A DNA stretch of 41,350 nucleotides from a virus. Taxonomy: Duplodnaviria; Caudoviricetes. Positions 1 through 8,851 of the stretch are shown one piece after another. Below the pieces are notes generated by a model. The model saw only the letters and a list, made by a program, of their open reading frames with translations, was not told where the DNA came from and ran no database searches. Location: positions 1 through 41,350 of IMG/VR virus record IMGVR_UViG_3300036770_005500; one strand, 5' to 3'. Each line of letters opens with the position of its first letter. Position 1 is the stretch's first letter. The position numbers and the translations under genes were made by a program.

Positions 1-2567
1 AAGTTTACTCCTGTACCACCTGCACCTGTTTCTCTAGGAGTAGTTTTCAGTGTAATTTTTACGTTTTCATAACCAGGAAACTTGTTTAATCTGTTCTGTA
101 GATGTGCGGCTTGTTTTTCCATGCTGCCACGATCGCTGCCTACCATTATGATGATATTGTTATAGTCAGGCAATTGTCCTGGTTTGGGTTTGACTAATTC
201 GTGTTCTACTTTCTTGATTAAGCTACCGCGTGTGCCGTCTGGTTGATCAGCCACTAGTGAGAAGACATCTTTGTCTCCAGGGTATAGCTTTTGCCATGTC
301 TGTAGTTTCATGTCTCCCGGTATAGGGTCGTCTTTGCCCACTGCCTGACTGATAAACACGAAAGGATCTCCTTTCTGTGCTGCGGCTTCCTGTGTGACGA
401 AATCGTAAAGCTGCTGATGTCCTCTGTGTCCCACGAAGCTGCCTAAGGCTACTACGGCAGTTTTAGTAGGTTGGTTTTCCGCTCCCGGGGGAGGTGCTTT
501 TTTAGCCGCCATGGCAGCTTTCATTTCTTGGCTAGTTACTTTAACCGGAGGTAATCCTGGTAACTCTATGACCAAACCCTCCATGTTAGGACCTAATTGG
601 TCTTTGCCGGATATGTTGGGATTGTTAGCGATAAAGTCGCTGAGCTCTTTCTTTACGTTGGCCAGCAGTTCTTTGGCCTGTTGCTTTTCAGGAGTATCTT
701 TGGTCCTAGGAGCCAATGTGGCTTCTAGATTGGGATCTAAGTTCACTGCGGGGTCGATGATCTTGTTGATGTCGATATCTTTAGTGGGCAGTGTGTTGGA
801 CATGATTTTTATATCTTTGCTGCTCTCCTTGGTAAGAGAATCTAAGATCTCTTCTTCCTGCGGATGATTTTCACCGGTACTATATACTTTAGCCGAGAAA
901 GGAACCAATGTCATCTTGCCTCCCAGCTTCTTCGGATCGTAGGGTATATTAACGAACTTTAGGCCACTGTCGGTCTTTTCAGCCATTTCGTTGTAGAGCA
1001 TTTCTGCCTGAACTATACTATCGCTAGGTAAGATTTGTATAAAATCGCTGTTTACAATTGTATCTAATGCACGATCGTACTTTGCACCCCTTTCTTGAAA
1101 TTCTGCTTCTCTGTCTTTGTTGAACTCTGCGAAACTTCCAACGTCGTCTGCATAAAGCGGCTTATCTGCTCTAGAAGTCATCATAAAAGGTCTGCCAGAT
1201 TGATCTTTACCAAATCGTATTCCTGCTCCGTCGACTTTTAAGTTAACCTTTGCTCCTTTTAATTTGCCTCCTAAATCTTGCTTGATCTTACGCACCAATG
1301 TTAAAAAATCTCTATCTGAAATCTCTGTGCTAGATCCTGGATTGTAGATGTGCTTTATTCCTTGTCTTTTATAGCTAGGAGCTTCTGCTTCTGTTATACT
1401 TTCTCCAGTCATCTTGTATGTGGCGTAGTATTCTTTTTTCATTTGTTCTACTTCTGGAGAAATTGAAATTCCAAAAGATTTAGCCATTAGTGCTAACGCA
1501 GAGTTTTTATCTGCGCTATCTCTTTCAGGATCGTTTTTATAAATCCCTTGGGCTCCTTTGCCAAATAGTTTTTCTACGAAAGAATTAAAAACTTTTTGTT
1601 TTTCATCATCTGACACTATCATGTTGACGATATCTAAAAGACCAACAAAGCTCCATAATTTATTTTTTACTGCAGAAAGTTCTTTTGATCCGATTCTATC
1701 TCCGAACAATGTTTGAAATATTATTAATATATTTTTGTCATAACCGCTGGTAGGCAAAGCAGTCATTACTGGCAAACCATCTTTGATCAACGGTTGCCCG
1801 TTATCGTCTAACACAGGCGCATACTTAGGTCTCAAGCCGCCACCTTCTTTGCTGCTCACAGCGAAGCTCAGCATGTTGTCTGTGGTAGGTACATCCTGCT
1901 CCGCACGGGCTTTGCCTCTGCCAACTAACTTTCTTAAAAGAAAATCCTTTTTACTAAGACTTCCTATACTAGATATAAGAAACTTATGGAATACACCTTT
2001 GACTCCCGCCTGGATATCCTCCCAAGAGCTAGAATGACTGAATTGGCTCCACTCAGTTGGTTCATCCTTTTCATAATCTACGAATTCTAAATCTATCTGA
2101 ATCTTAATTGGAGGTTCAGATAATTGCCACAGGCTACTGTATTGTTGGTTTCCAGACTTGTAACCGAGAAGTTTAGCGTCACCTAAATCTTGTCCTTGTA
2201 TACTGTCAAGGAATTCTTTTAGTTTTTCAGTTTTTGTTACATCTATTTGTGTGTCGATGTCGCCAATCTTAGGCTTAACTCTTACGAAATCTTCATCAGA
2301 AATACCCGCAACATTAAAAAAGTGAAGGCTCGATCCACTTAAGAATTTTTTACTTGATAACAATTTAGGTTGCCAAAGAGATTCTTTATGTTTATCCTGA
2401 TACAGTTTATTAATATTAGACAGTAATGAATCTAGGATAGGAACAATATAACTCCTTTTTGTTACATTAAGATCTAAATCGTCAGGAGTTTCCCCTGTAG
2501 ATAATGTTATATTTCCACCTTCTGTTATATTTTTGTTCAGTGTCGTGATAAATTCTAATAGTTTCAT
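1..2567 (-). CDS. Multidomain nucleotidyltransferase (Pol-beta-like NTase + ATP-dependent ligase-like + HxGH cytidylyl/adenylyltransferase); 3' end runs off the window
   Basis: Manual translation from ATG at 2567 (ATGA overlap with the upstream stop) gives MKLLEFITTLNKNITEGG... and stays open to position 1. Motifs: SGSS..GDID (2253-2264)..QIDL; NLKVDG (KVDG 1227-1238)..QAEMLY..EGLVI..VKVT; GSFVGHRGH (HRGH 417-428)..MVGSDR. Confidence 0.85.
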   Translation of the reverse strand, partial: MKLLEFITTLNKNITEGGNITLSTGETPDDLDLNVTKRSYIVPILDSLLSNINKLYQDKHKESLWQPKLLSSKKFLSGSSLHFFNVAGISDEDFVRVKPKIGDIDTQIDVTKTEKLKEFLDSIQGQDLGDAKLLGYKSGNQQYSSLWQLSEPPIKIQIDLEFVDYEKDEPTEWSQFSHSSSWEDIQAGVKGVFHKFLISSIGSLSKKDFLLRKLVGRGKARAEQDVPTTDNMLSFAVSSKEGGGLRPKYAPVLDDNGQPLIKDGLPVMTALPTSGYDKNILIIFQTLFGDRIGSKELSAVKNKLWSFVGLLDIVNMIVSDDEKQKVFNSFVEKLFGKGAQGIYKNDPERDSADKNSALALMAKSFGISISPEVEQMKKEYYATYKMTGESITEAEAPSYKRQGIKHIYNPGSSTEISDRDFLTLVRKIKQDLGGKLKGAKVNLKVDGAGIRFGKDQSGRPFMMTSRADKPLYADDVGSFAEFNKDREAEFQERGAKYDRALDTIVNSDFIQILPSDSIVQAEMLYNEMAEKTDSGLKFVNIPYDPKKLGGKMTLVPFSAKVYSTGENHPQEEEILDSLTKESSKDIKIMSNTLPTKDIDINKIIDPAVNLDPNLEATLAPRTKDTPEKQQAKELLANVKKELSDFIANNPNISGKDQLGPNMEGLVIELPGLPPVKVTSQEMKAAMAAKKAPPPGAENQPTKTAVVALGSFVGHRGHQQLYDFVTQEAAAQKGDPFVFISQAVGKDDPIPGDMKLQTWQKLYPGDKDVFSLVADQPDGTRGSLIKKVEHELVKPKPGQLPDYNNIIIMVGSDRGSMEKQAAHLQNRLNKFPGYENVKITLKTTPRETGAGGTGVN

Positions 2568-2923
2568 TTGTCGTAATCACCACGTTTTATAAACGTTTTT
2601 TGTTCTTCCGCCATGTGTTTAGCTAATTCAGTTAATTTATCCATAGGAAATTTTTCTTCGGCGTCTTCAATTTGAAATTTCTTGCAATAGCTTTCGCAAC
2701 AGCGTTTTAATGGTGCTAGATAAATTTTAAAAGCATCAGGATGATCTACATATTTTTTATGCTTTTCCACTGCAGGAAATAGATTTTTTTGAAGCATAGA
2801 ATTATCATTGTCTATGTAAAACTTCAAGTCATCTAACCAATCTATTTCTGATTGGTCTTCTTTGGGAGCACCGATGGGACTAAACATTTCATTTAATAAC
2901 ATAATATTCTTCCTGTTTACCAA
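2564..2923 (-). CDS. Hypothetical phage protein (true start may be MLLNEMF)
   Basis: 119 aa ORF overlapping both neighbours. Confidence 0.7.
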   Translation of the reverse strand: MVNRKNIMLLNEMFSPIGAPKEDQSEIDWLDDLKFYIDNDNSMLQKNLFPAVEKHKKYVDHPDAFKIYLAPLKRCCESYCKKFQIEDAEEKFPMDKLTELAKHMAEEQKTFIKRGDYDK

Positions 2924-3918
2924 GCTCTACAGGACCAATAACGTGCTTTCCAACGTGGTCCCGGATTCTTGCAGTTGTGACGGGCACGGAAGCTCTTGCG
3001 TCTATTGGGATTTGATTTTTTGATGCGCATCTTCTTGTCGCCGAAGTTCACTTTGACTACTTTGCCGTTGGGCTTGCGAACATAAACTTTAGATTTCTTG
3101 ACATCACCCGCCATAGGCTTGCCTAGAGGAACTTTGCGTCCTTGATATTCTGCTTCGTCTATGTCTCTGTCGTCTTTCCAACCTTTATCAGCGATCATCT
3201 GATACAACATGTCTAGCATTTCATCATAAACACCTAATTCTTCAGTGCCGCCTGCGCCAGTCTGGATTGCCACGTAATCATACAGATCGGATAGATAGTC
3301 ATCGAGATCTTTGTTTCTATCATCAATGGCCTTGTGATGGAATGCCTGTAGATCATCACCGTCTTTGGGGTTGGTTTCCAAAAACCGTTCGATCGCTGCC
3401 TCTACTTCTGCTGGAATGTCTTCTTCACTTTCTCTGACTTTGACGCAGTTATCTACACGCTTGCCGCCTTTCATCTTAGTGCCCATGCGTCTGTAACCTT
3501 TCCAGCAGGCTTTGCCGTCTAGGCCTTTCTGCTTTTCTTCTACTAATTCACCTTCCTCGAAAGTGAATCCTTGCTGCTCTAGATATGCCAGAGCGTGATC
3601 ATCTAATTCTATAACGATACCGTCTTCTGCTAGATCTACGATTTCCGTGCCGATCTCGAACTCTTCTGTGAAGCTGATACCAAAATCGTCCCCGATCTCA
3701 AATCCTTCTTTCTTGTATTTGTCTTTGATACGGCCTAGCTCTTCCTCTGAAGCACCTTCTCTGCCAGCTTTGGCCAATGCTGCCATACCGTCTTTACCGT
3801 ATTTCTTTTTGCCAGTATAGTATTGTAGACCGCTCTCGTCTGTTTTTACATCTGAAATTGTTGGAGATTGGGTGTTTTCTTGAAGTATTTGATCTAGTTT
3901 GTCCAGTAAGTCTCTCAT
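2917..3918 (-). CDS. Hypothetical, probable head-associated protein with alternating acidic and basic cassettes
   Basis: 333 aa ORF with AAGGA SD and an upstream TAAATA. Contains CWKGYRRMGTK..NCVK and a C-terminal VNFGDK..SFRARHNC..ARYWSCRAW module. Confidence 0.75.
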   Translation of the reverse strand: MRDLLDKLDQILQENTQSPTISDVKTDESGLQYYTGKKKYGKDGMAALAKAGREGASEEELGRIKDKYKKEGFEIGDDFGISFTEEFEIGTEIVDLAEDGIVIELDDHALAYLEQQGFTFEEGELVEEKQKGLDGKACWKGYRRMGTKMKGGKRVDNCVKVRESEEDIPAEVEAAIERFLETNPKDGDDLQAFHHKAIDDRNKDLDDYLSDLYDYVAIQTGAGGTEELGVYDEMLDMLYQMIADKGWKDDRDIDEAEYQGRKVPLGKPMAGDVKKSKVYVRKPNGKVVKVNFGDKKMRIKKSNPNRRKSFRARHNCKNPGPRWKARYWSCRAW

Positions 3919-3945
3919 AAATCTTCCTTTTTTGAGATAATACTG

Positions 3946-3951
3946 TATTTA
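3946..3951 (-). promoter_or_regulatory. T4-type late promoter core TAAATA
   Basis: ATAAATA in the intergenic gap upstream of the 333 aa gene; the motif recurs before many genes. Confidence 0.65.
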
Positions 3952-3966
3952 TTATAATTAGATCAA

Positions 3967-4332
3967 TTAGAAATTGTAACGAATACTTGTAATTGTGCCT
4001 TGTTCTAGCACATAAGCGCATCTAATCCATACCCAATTACCAGTTATATTACGCATTTCGTCTGCGCTTAATGAACTGCTATCGATAGATTCAAAAGAAT
4101 TACCGTTGTCGAATTCTAGATCAATCCAATCTATTTCACCAGGATAGAGTTGTAAAGTACCCTGAATCTTTATAGATCCTTTAAATTCATTTAATTGAAA
4201 ATGTAAGGTATGTAATCCATCAGCTCTACGGCTGTATCCGGCGCCTTTTTGTTTTTCAGAATAACTAAAAACTGAAAGATCTTGAGATTCGTTGGAAATA
4301 TTAGATAATAATAAAACGCTTTCGATAGTCAT
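3967..4332 (-). CDS. Hypothetical beta-rich protein, possibly virion
   Basis: ORF track 3967..4335; the ATG at 4332 lies 4 nt after TAAATA. Confidence 0.7.
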   Translation of the reverse strand: MTIESVLLLSNISNESQDLSVFSYSEKQKGAGYSRRADGLHTLHFQLNEFKGSIKIQGTLQLYPGEIDWIDLEFDNGNSFESIDSSSLSADEMRNITGNWVWIRCAYVLEQGTITSIRYNF

Positions 4333-4943
4333 CAAGTATTTATCGTAAGTTGGTATGTATAAATTGATCCTAATACATCACTTTGACGCATTTTTGCCAT
4401 TACCAGTGTTTTATCGTCTTCTACGTACATGTATCGTCGATCCCAGTTCCAATCAGTATTTAAGAACCATTGTTTAGTTGAATTTGTAATAAAAATTCGT
4501 GGATTTTGAGATTCGAGCCAATCTAAATAAGTCTGTTTTTGATCTTTATCCTTCATGTTATGAGGTTTAAGAAATACCTTAAACCTGTATCTGTCGTACG
4601 GGAGTTTGTTTGCTATAATATTTTTACTGCTTGTATTGTTCAACAGCAGATCGGGGTGAGGATAACAGACGTGTACTATACTATTTTGAAATTGGGATGC
4701 TAGTTTATCGATCTCATCTTTACTATCTAAGTATATGTCTACAAATTTGTTTTCTATCCTCAATTGATATTCTTTGATTTCATCAAGAAGTGTAGCTAGA
4801 TTCCTCACTTCTAGGCTAAGAGTAGTGTTTTTACTGATAGAATCGACGTCATTGTGTCTAAAAACTCCGCAATGCCTGATTTCTAAAGTGATTTTATACA
4901 ACCATTTGTTGTAAAATTTACGTTTAGTCTGTAAGAATTTCAT
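4332..4943 (-). CDS. Hypothetical phage protein
   Basis: 203 aa ORF overlapping the clpA 3' end. Confidence 0.7.
   Translation of the reverse strand: MKFLQTKRKFYNKWLYKITLEIRHCGVFRHNDVDSISKNTTLSLEVRNLATLLDEIKEYQLRIENKFVDIYLDSKDEIDKLASQFQNSIVHVCYPHPDLLLNNTSSKNIIANKLPYDRYRFKVFLKPHNMKDKDQKQTYLDWLESQNPRIFITNSTKQWFLNTDWNWDRRYMYVEDDKTLVMAKMRQSDVLGSIYTYQLTINT
4337..4342 (-). promoter_or_regulatory. Late promoter core TAAATA, leaderless arrangement
   Basis: TAAATA-CTTG-ATG. Confidence 0.6.
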
Positions 4944-7221
4944 TGGAACTTTCTATTTCTTGTGGCACGGCTTTATTTTCTATAGGAGTTATATCAAACT
5001 CTAATTTCTTATCAAGTAGTTTAATATGAACTTTACCGCCGTTCACTAATTCACCAAATAGTACCTTTCTACTTAGGGGTGATTTTATTTCATTATCTAT
5101 CAATCTAGCTAATGGTCTCGCACCCATCTTTTTGTCGTAGCCTTTCTCAGCTAAAAATCCAACAGCATCGTCGCTGATATGTATAGAAATTGATTTATCT
5201 TTCAATTGATCGTTTAGCTCCTTAACAAATTTCTTAACAATTTCGCGAACAGTGGAATTACTGAGGCCTGAAAATTTAATAGTTGCATCCAATCTATTTC
5301 TAAATTCGGGCGCAAAAAACTTTTTCACGGCTTTGTCATCTTCTCCACTTCTTTCTAGGTCTCCGAAGCCTATGGTATTTTTATCATTTTCTTCTGCCCC
5401 TAAGTTTGAAGTCATGATTAAAATAGAATTTCTACCATCTGCTTGTTTTCCGTTAGAGCCTGTTACAAAGCCATTGTCCATAAATTGTAAAAGAATATTA
5501 GATACATCGCTATGCGCTTTTTCAATTTCATCTAATAATAAAACACAGTTAGGTTGTTCTTGAAGCTTGGTAATAAGTTGTCCGGCATTTTCATCATATC
5601 CAACATATCCCGGAGGCGCTCCAATTAATCTAGCTACGCTGTGTTTTTCTTGATATTCACTCATATCGAATCTAATCAGAGGAATATTCATTTTTTCAGC
5701 TAACTGTTTAGCAGTTTCTGTTTTACCTGTACCAGTTGGCCCTAAAAACAAAAATGAACCAATTGGTTTATTAGGACTTTTCATTCCTGCCTGACTGACG
5801 AATATTTTATCTAACAGTGTACCGATAGCTACATCCTGGCCGTAGACAGATTTTTTCATCGAAGCTTCGAGGTCTGAAAGATTTTTGCTTTCTTTTTGCG
5901 CAACAGATTCGAGAGGTATCTTGACCATCTTTGATACTTCGTAGACTATCTGTTCAACATCTACGATTTGAACCGTACCCTCTGACTCTAAATCGTCTTT
6001 GATTTTATATCGAGCACAGGCGCAATCTAATATATCAATGGCTTTATCAGGAAGTTTTCTGTCAGCCATGTATTTTGCAGACATTTTTACTGATTGCTCT
6101 ATGGCTGCATCTGTAATTTTTACTTCGTGATGTTTTTCATAATACTTTTTAAGGCCTTTGATGATTTTTACAGACATCTCTGGAGTTGGTTCATCGATAG
6201 TTACTCTCTGGAATCTTCTCATCAACGCCCTGTCTTTTTCGAAATATTTTCGATATTCTTCCCATGTAGTAGATGCTATTAATTTTATCTTACCTTTAGT
6301 AAGTACAGGTTTCAAAATGTTTGCTAAGTCATTAGGATTTTGATTAGCAGAACCAGCACCTTGCATCATATGTGCCTCATCTATGAAAAGAATAATTTTA
6401 CCTTTCTTCTCTAATGCAGCCAACACAGCTTTGATTCTCTCCTCAAAATCACCTCTATATTTCGAACCTGCTAACAGGCTGCTTATATCTAAATTATAAA
6501 CCGTGTGGTCTTGAATAAATTTAGGAACTTTCTTTTCGTGGATCTTACGTGCGAGACCTTCAGCAATTGCAGTTTTACCGACACCTGGATCGCCAACCAT
6601 AAGAACATTACACTTATTTCTTCTAGCTAAAACTAAAGTGATATTTTCTAATTCTTCCTCTCTACCAATAACAGGATCTAATTTTTTTTGTTTAGCGGCT
6701 AGACTCAAATTTGTGCAATAGTTGTTAATGATCTTTTCAACTTGATTAATATTTGTTGGTCTCAATTCGTGCTCTTCGTCTTCGTTGGCAAGTTTTTCAA
6801 TGGCGTATTTGAAAAACTTATCTTTTGTAATTCCAGATTTAGTTAGATAATAATTAGCAAAACTATTTTTTTCACTTAATATGCTAATAATTAAATCCGC
6901 TATTTCAATTTTCTGTCTTCCGCTAAACAAAACTTGACTGAAACATCTATTAAGCACCCTTTCTACTGAGTTAGTTTTTTTAGGTCTATGCTGTTTGTTG
7001 TCAGTTTTGATATCGTTCAATTTATTTTCTATGAAATCTTTTAAGTTAGATTTAAGAAATTCGATATCAGCCCCGAACTCTACCAATAATTCACCAGAGG
7101 AAGGATGATGCACAAGACTATAAACTAGATGTTCGATCGTTATGTATTCATGATTATTTGATTTAGATAGCTCTAACGATAGCTCGAATATTTCTTGTAA
7201 ATCATTGCTAGGTTCTATCAT
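4924..7221 (-). CDS. clpA: ATP-dependent Clp protease ATP-binding subunit ClpA
   Basis: Clp N-domain (HEYITIEHL); two AAA+ modules (GDPGVGKT/FIDEAH and GPTGTGKT/LLDEIEKAH); RFDMSEY; IGF ClpP-docking loop; GARPL; no ClpB M-domain. Confidence 0.95.
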   Translation of the reverse strand: MIEPSNDLQEIFELSLELSKSNNHEYITIEHLVYSLVHHPSSGELLVEFGADIEFLKSNLKDFIENKLNDIKTDNKQHRPKKTNSVERVLNRCFSQVLFSGRQKIEIADLIISILSEKNSFANYYLTKSGITKDKFFKYAIEKLANEDEEHELRPTNINQVEKIINNYCTNLSLAAKQKKLDPVIGREEELENITLVLARRNKCNVLMVGDPGVGKTAIAEGLARKIHEKKVPKFIQDHTVYNLDISSLLAGSKYRGDFEERIKAVLAALEKKGKIILFIDEAHMMQGAGSANQNPNDLANILKPVLTKGKIKLIASTTWEEYRKYFEKDRALMRRFQRVTIDEPTPEMSVKIIKGLKKYYEKHHEVKITDAAIEQSVKMSAKYMADRKLPDKAIDILDCACARYKIKDDLESEGTVQIVDVEQIVYEVSKMVKIPLESVAQKESKNLSDLEASMKKSVYGQDVAIGTLLDKIFVSQAGMKSPNKPIGSFLFLGPTGTGKTETAKQLAEKMNIPLIRFDMSEYQEKHSVARLIGAPPGYVGYDENAGQLITKLQEQPNCVLLLDEIEKAHSDVSNILLQFMDNGFVTGSNGKQADGRNSILIMTSNLGAEENDKNTIGFGDLERSGEDDKAVKKFFAPEFRNRLDATIKFSGLSNSTVREIVKKFVKELNDQLKDKSISIHISDDAVGFLAEKGYDKKMGARPLARLIDNEIKSPLSRKVLFGELVNGGKVHIKLLDKKLEFDITPIENKAVPQEIESSNEILTD

Positions 7222-7712
7222 CTTTTATTTTTCCTCATTTTCTTCATAGCTAATTGTAATTTAAGTTTAGATACTTTGTCAACAAAGCATACACCGTTTA
7301 GGTGATCTAATTCGTGTTGAAAACATTTAGACATGTATCCGTCTATTTTTGCTTCTATTATATCCCCTTTACTGTTTTGAAATTCTGCTATAACCCATGC
7401 AGGTCTCTTAACATTCAAATAAACTCCTGGAAAACTGAGACAGCCTTCGTAATCTAAAATTTGATCTTCACTAGCTTCTATGATCTTAGGATTAAACAAA
7501 GCAAATGGCAATGGAAATCCTGAAGCCTTTTCACTACCCATTACGAATATTCTTTTGTTTAATCCTATTTGATTAGCAGCAAGACCTATTCCGTTGTTAT
7601 CGACCATTATACGGATCATATCATATTCTATTTTCTCTGGGTCTTGATCGGAATCAAAATTCCAATCGTCGCTGGATTGATTTAAAAATTTTCTTTCATT
7701 AAGTGTTAGCAT
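7218..7712 (-). CDS. def: Peptide deformylase
   Basis: GIGLAANQIG, EGCLS and QHELDHLNG motifs. Confidence 0.95.
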   Translation of the reverse strand: MLTLNERKFLNQSSDDWNFDSDQDPEKIEYDMIRIMVDNNGIGLAANQIGLNKRIFVMGSEKASGFPLPFALFNPKIIEASEDQILDYEGCLSFPGVYLNVKRPAWVIAEFQNSKGDIIEAKIDGYMSKCFQHELDHLNGVCFVDKVSKLKLQLAMKKMRKNKR

Positions 7713-8547
7713 GATTTTTCAAGTTTTCTATAATTGTTTTTTGCTCATCGGTCAGCACACGAGGTATAGATACTGTTATTTTTATTAATAGGTTTCCTCG
7801 CCGCTTGGTTCTTACATTTGGCAAACCTTCCCCTTTGCAACTAAGATAAGTTTCTGATTGTGTACCAGGTGGAATGAATATATCGATATTTTTTTTATCT
7901 AAAGTCTCTAATTGAAGCTTGGTACCTAACATTGCGTCCCAAACTGATATAGTATGATTATAAATCAACTGATCGTTATCTCTAGAAAATTTATTATGAT
8001 TTTCAACAAAAATGTTAACTATCAAATCTCCTGCCGGAGAATCTCGATAGCTGTCATCTCCCATTCCTTGATATCTTATATGTTGTCCGTTTTCGACACC
8101 TGGAGGAATTTTTATGTTTATAAGTTTTTTCTTACCGTTCGGTAATCCTATCTCAGCATCTACGTCCTTCCCAGATAACACATCTTCTAAGGTCACCTTA
8201 ATGTTTACATTGTAACTTTTATTTCGCATGGGTCGTCGATTTTGAAAACCAAATCCGAAATGTTGAAATATATCTTCCATGTCCGGTTGACCACCGAAAT
8301 GAAATTCAAACGGACCATTTTGCCATCTGTTCGAAAATCCCTGTTGTTTATTCGGATCAATTCCGGAATCGATTAGATTCTTCTTATCCGGGTCGCTTAG
8401 AGTACGATAAGCTTCTTCTATTTCTTTAAACTTATGCTCATCGCCGCCTCGATCGGGGTGATGTTTCATCGCCATTGACCTGTAGGCTTTTTTAATATCG
8501 TCCGGCGACGCTCCTCTTTTTAATCCTAACGTTTCGTAGTAGTTCAT
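7699..8547 (-). CDS. dnaJ: DnaJ-class co-chaperone (class B, CbpA-like, no zinc finger)
   Basis: J-domain with HPD, G/F-rich linker and DnaJ C-terminal domain (GDL, GEGLP). Confidence 0.93.
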   Translation of the reverse strand: MNYYETLGLKRGASPDDIKKAYRSMAMKHHPDRGGDEHKFKEIEEAYRTLSDPDKKNLIDSGIDPNKQQGFSNRWQNGPFEFHFGGQPDMEDIFQHFGFGFQNRRPMRNKSYNVNIKVTLEDVLSGKDVDAEIGLPNGKKKLINIKIPPGVENGQHIRYQGMGDDSYRDSPAGDLIVNIFVENHNKFSRDNDQLIYNHTISVWDAMLGTKLQLETLDKKNIDIFIPPGTQSETYLSCKGEGLPNVRTKRRGNLLIKITVSIPRVLTDEQKTIIENLKNHANT

Positions 8548-8556
8548 TATTTTTGT

Positions 8557-8585
8557 AAAAAATATAGGACCATATGGTCCTATAT
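8557..8585 (-). terminator. Perfect 24 bp palindrome with a minus-strand T-tract; intrinsic terminator or operator
   Basis: ATATAGGACCAT|ATGGTCCTATAT at 8562-8585, with an A-run at 8557-8562. Confidence 0.6.
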
Positions 8586-8614
8586 ATTTACTTTTAAAAT
8601 AAAAGGTAAAAAAA

Positions 8615-8851
8615 TTATGCTACTTGGGCCACCGCATAAACCGCAGTGACTAACATAGTCTTGGTTTCTAAATCGTCAGCTTCTTCATCTAACTTATCTG
8701 CACGGACTAGGTCTAACATCAGCTCTTTAAATTCATCTTCCTCGATTTGACCCTTGCCAAATGCCTGTGCGATCAACAATGCAGTCTGAGCACGTTCTGA
8801 TGCCCAACCCGGGCCTGAATCTGCTAACTGTCTAAGTGTGCTTTCACTCAT
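8615..8851 (-). CDS. Hypothetical protein
   Basis: 78 aa ORF abutting the upstream gene. Confidence 0.7.
   Translation of the reverse strand: MSESTLRQLADSGPGWASERAQTALLIAQAFGKGQIEEDEFKELMLDLVRADKLDEEADDLETKTMLVTAVYAVAQVA

Noticed and set aside
511-2037. Plus-strand ORFs 511..867 and 1783..2037
   Set aside because: Antisense shadows of the long minus-strand ORF 1..2567, which carries recognisable motifs.
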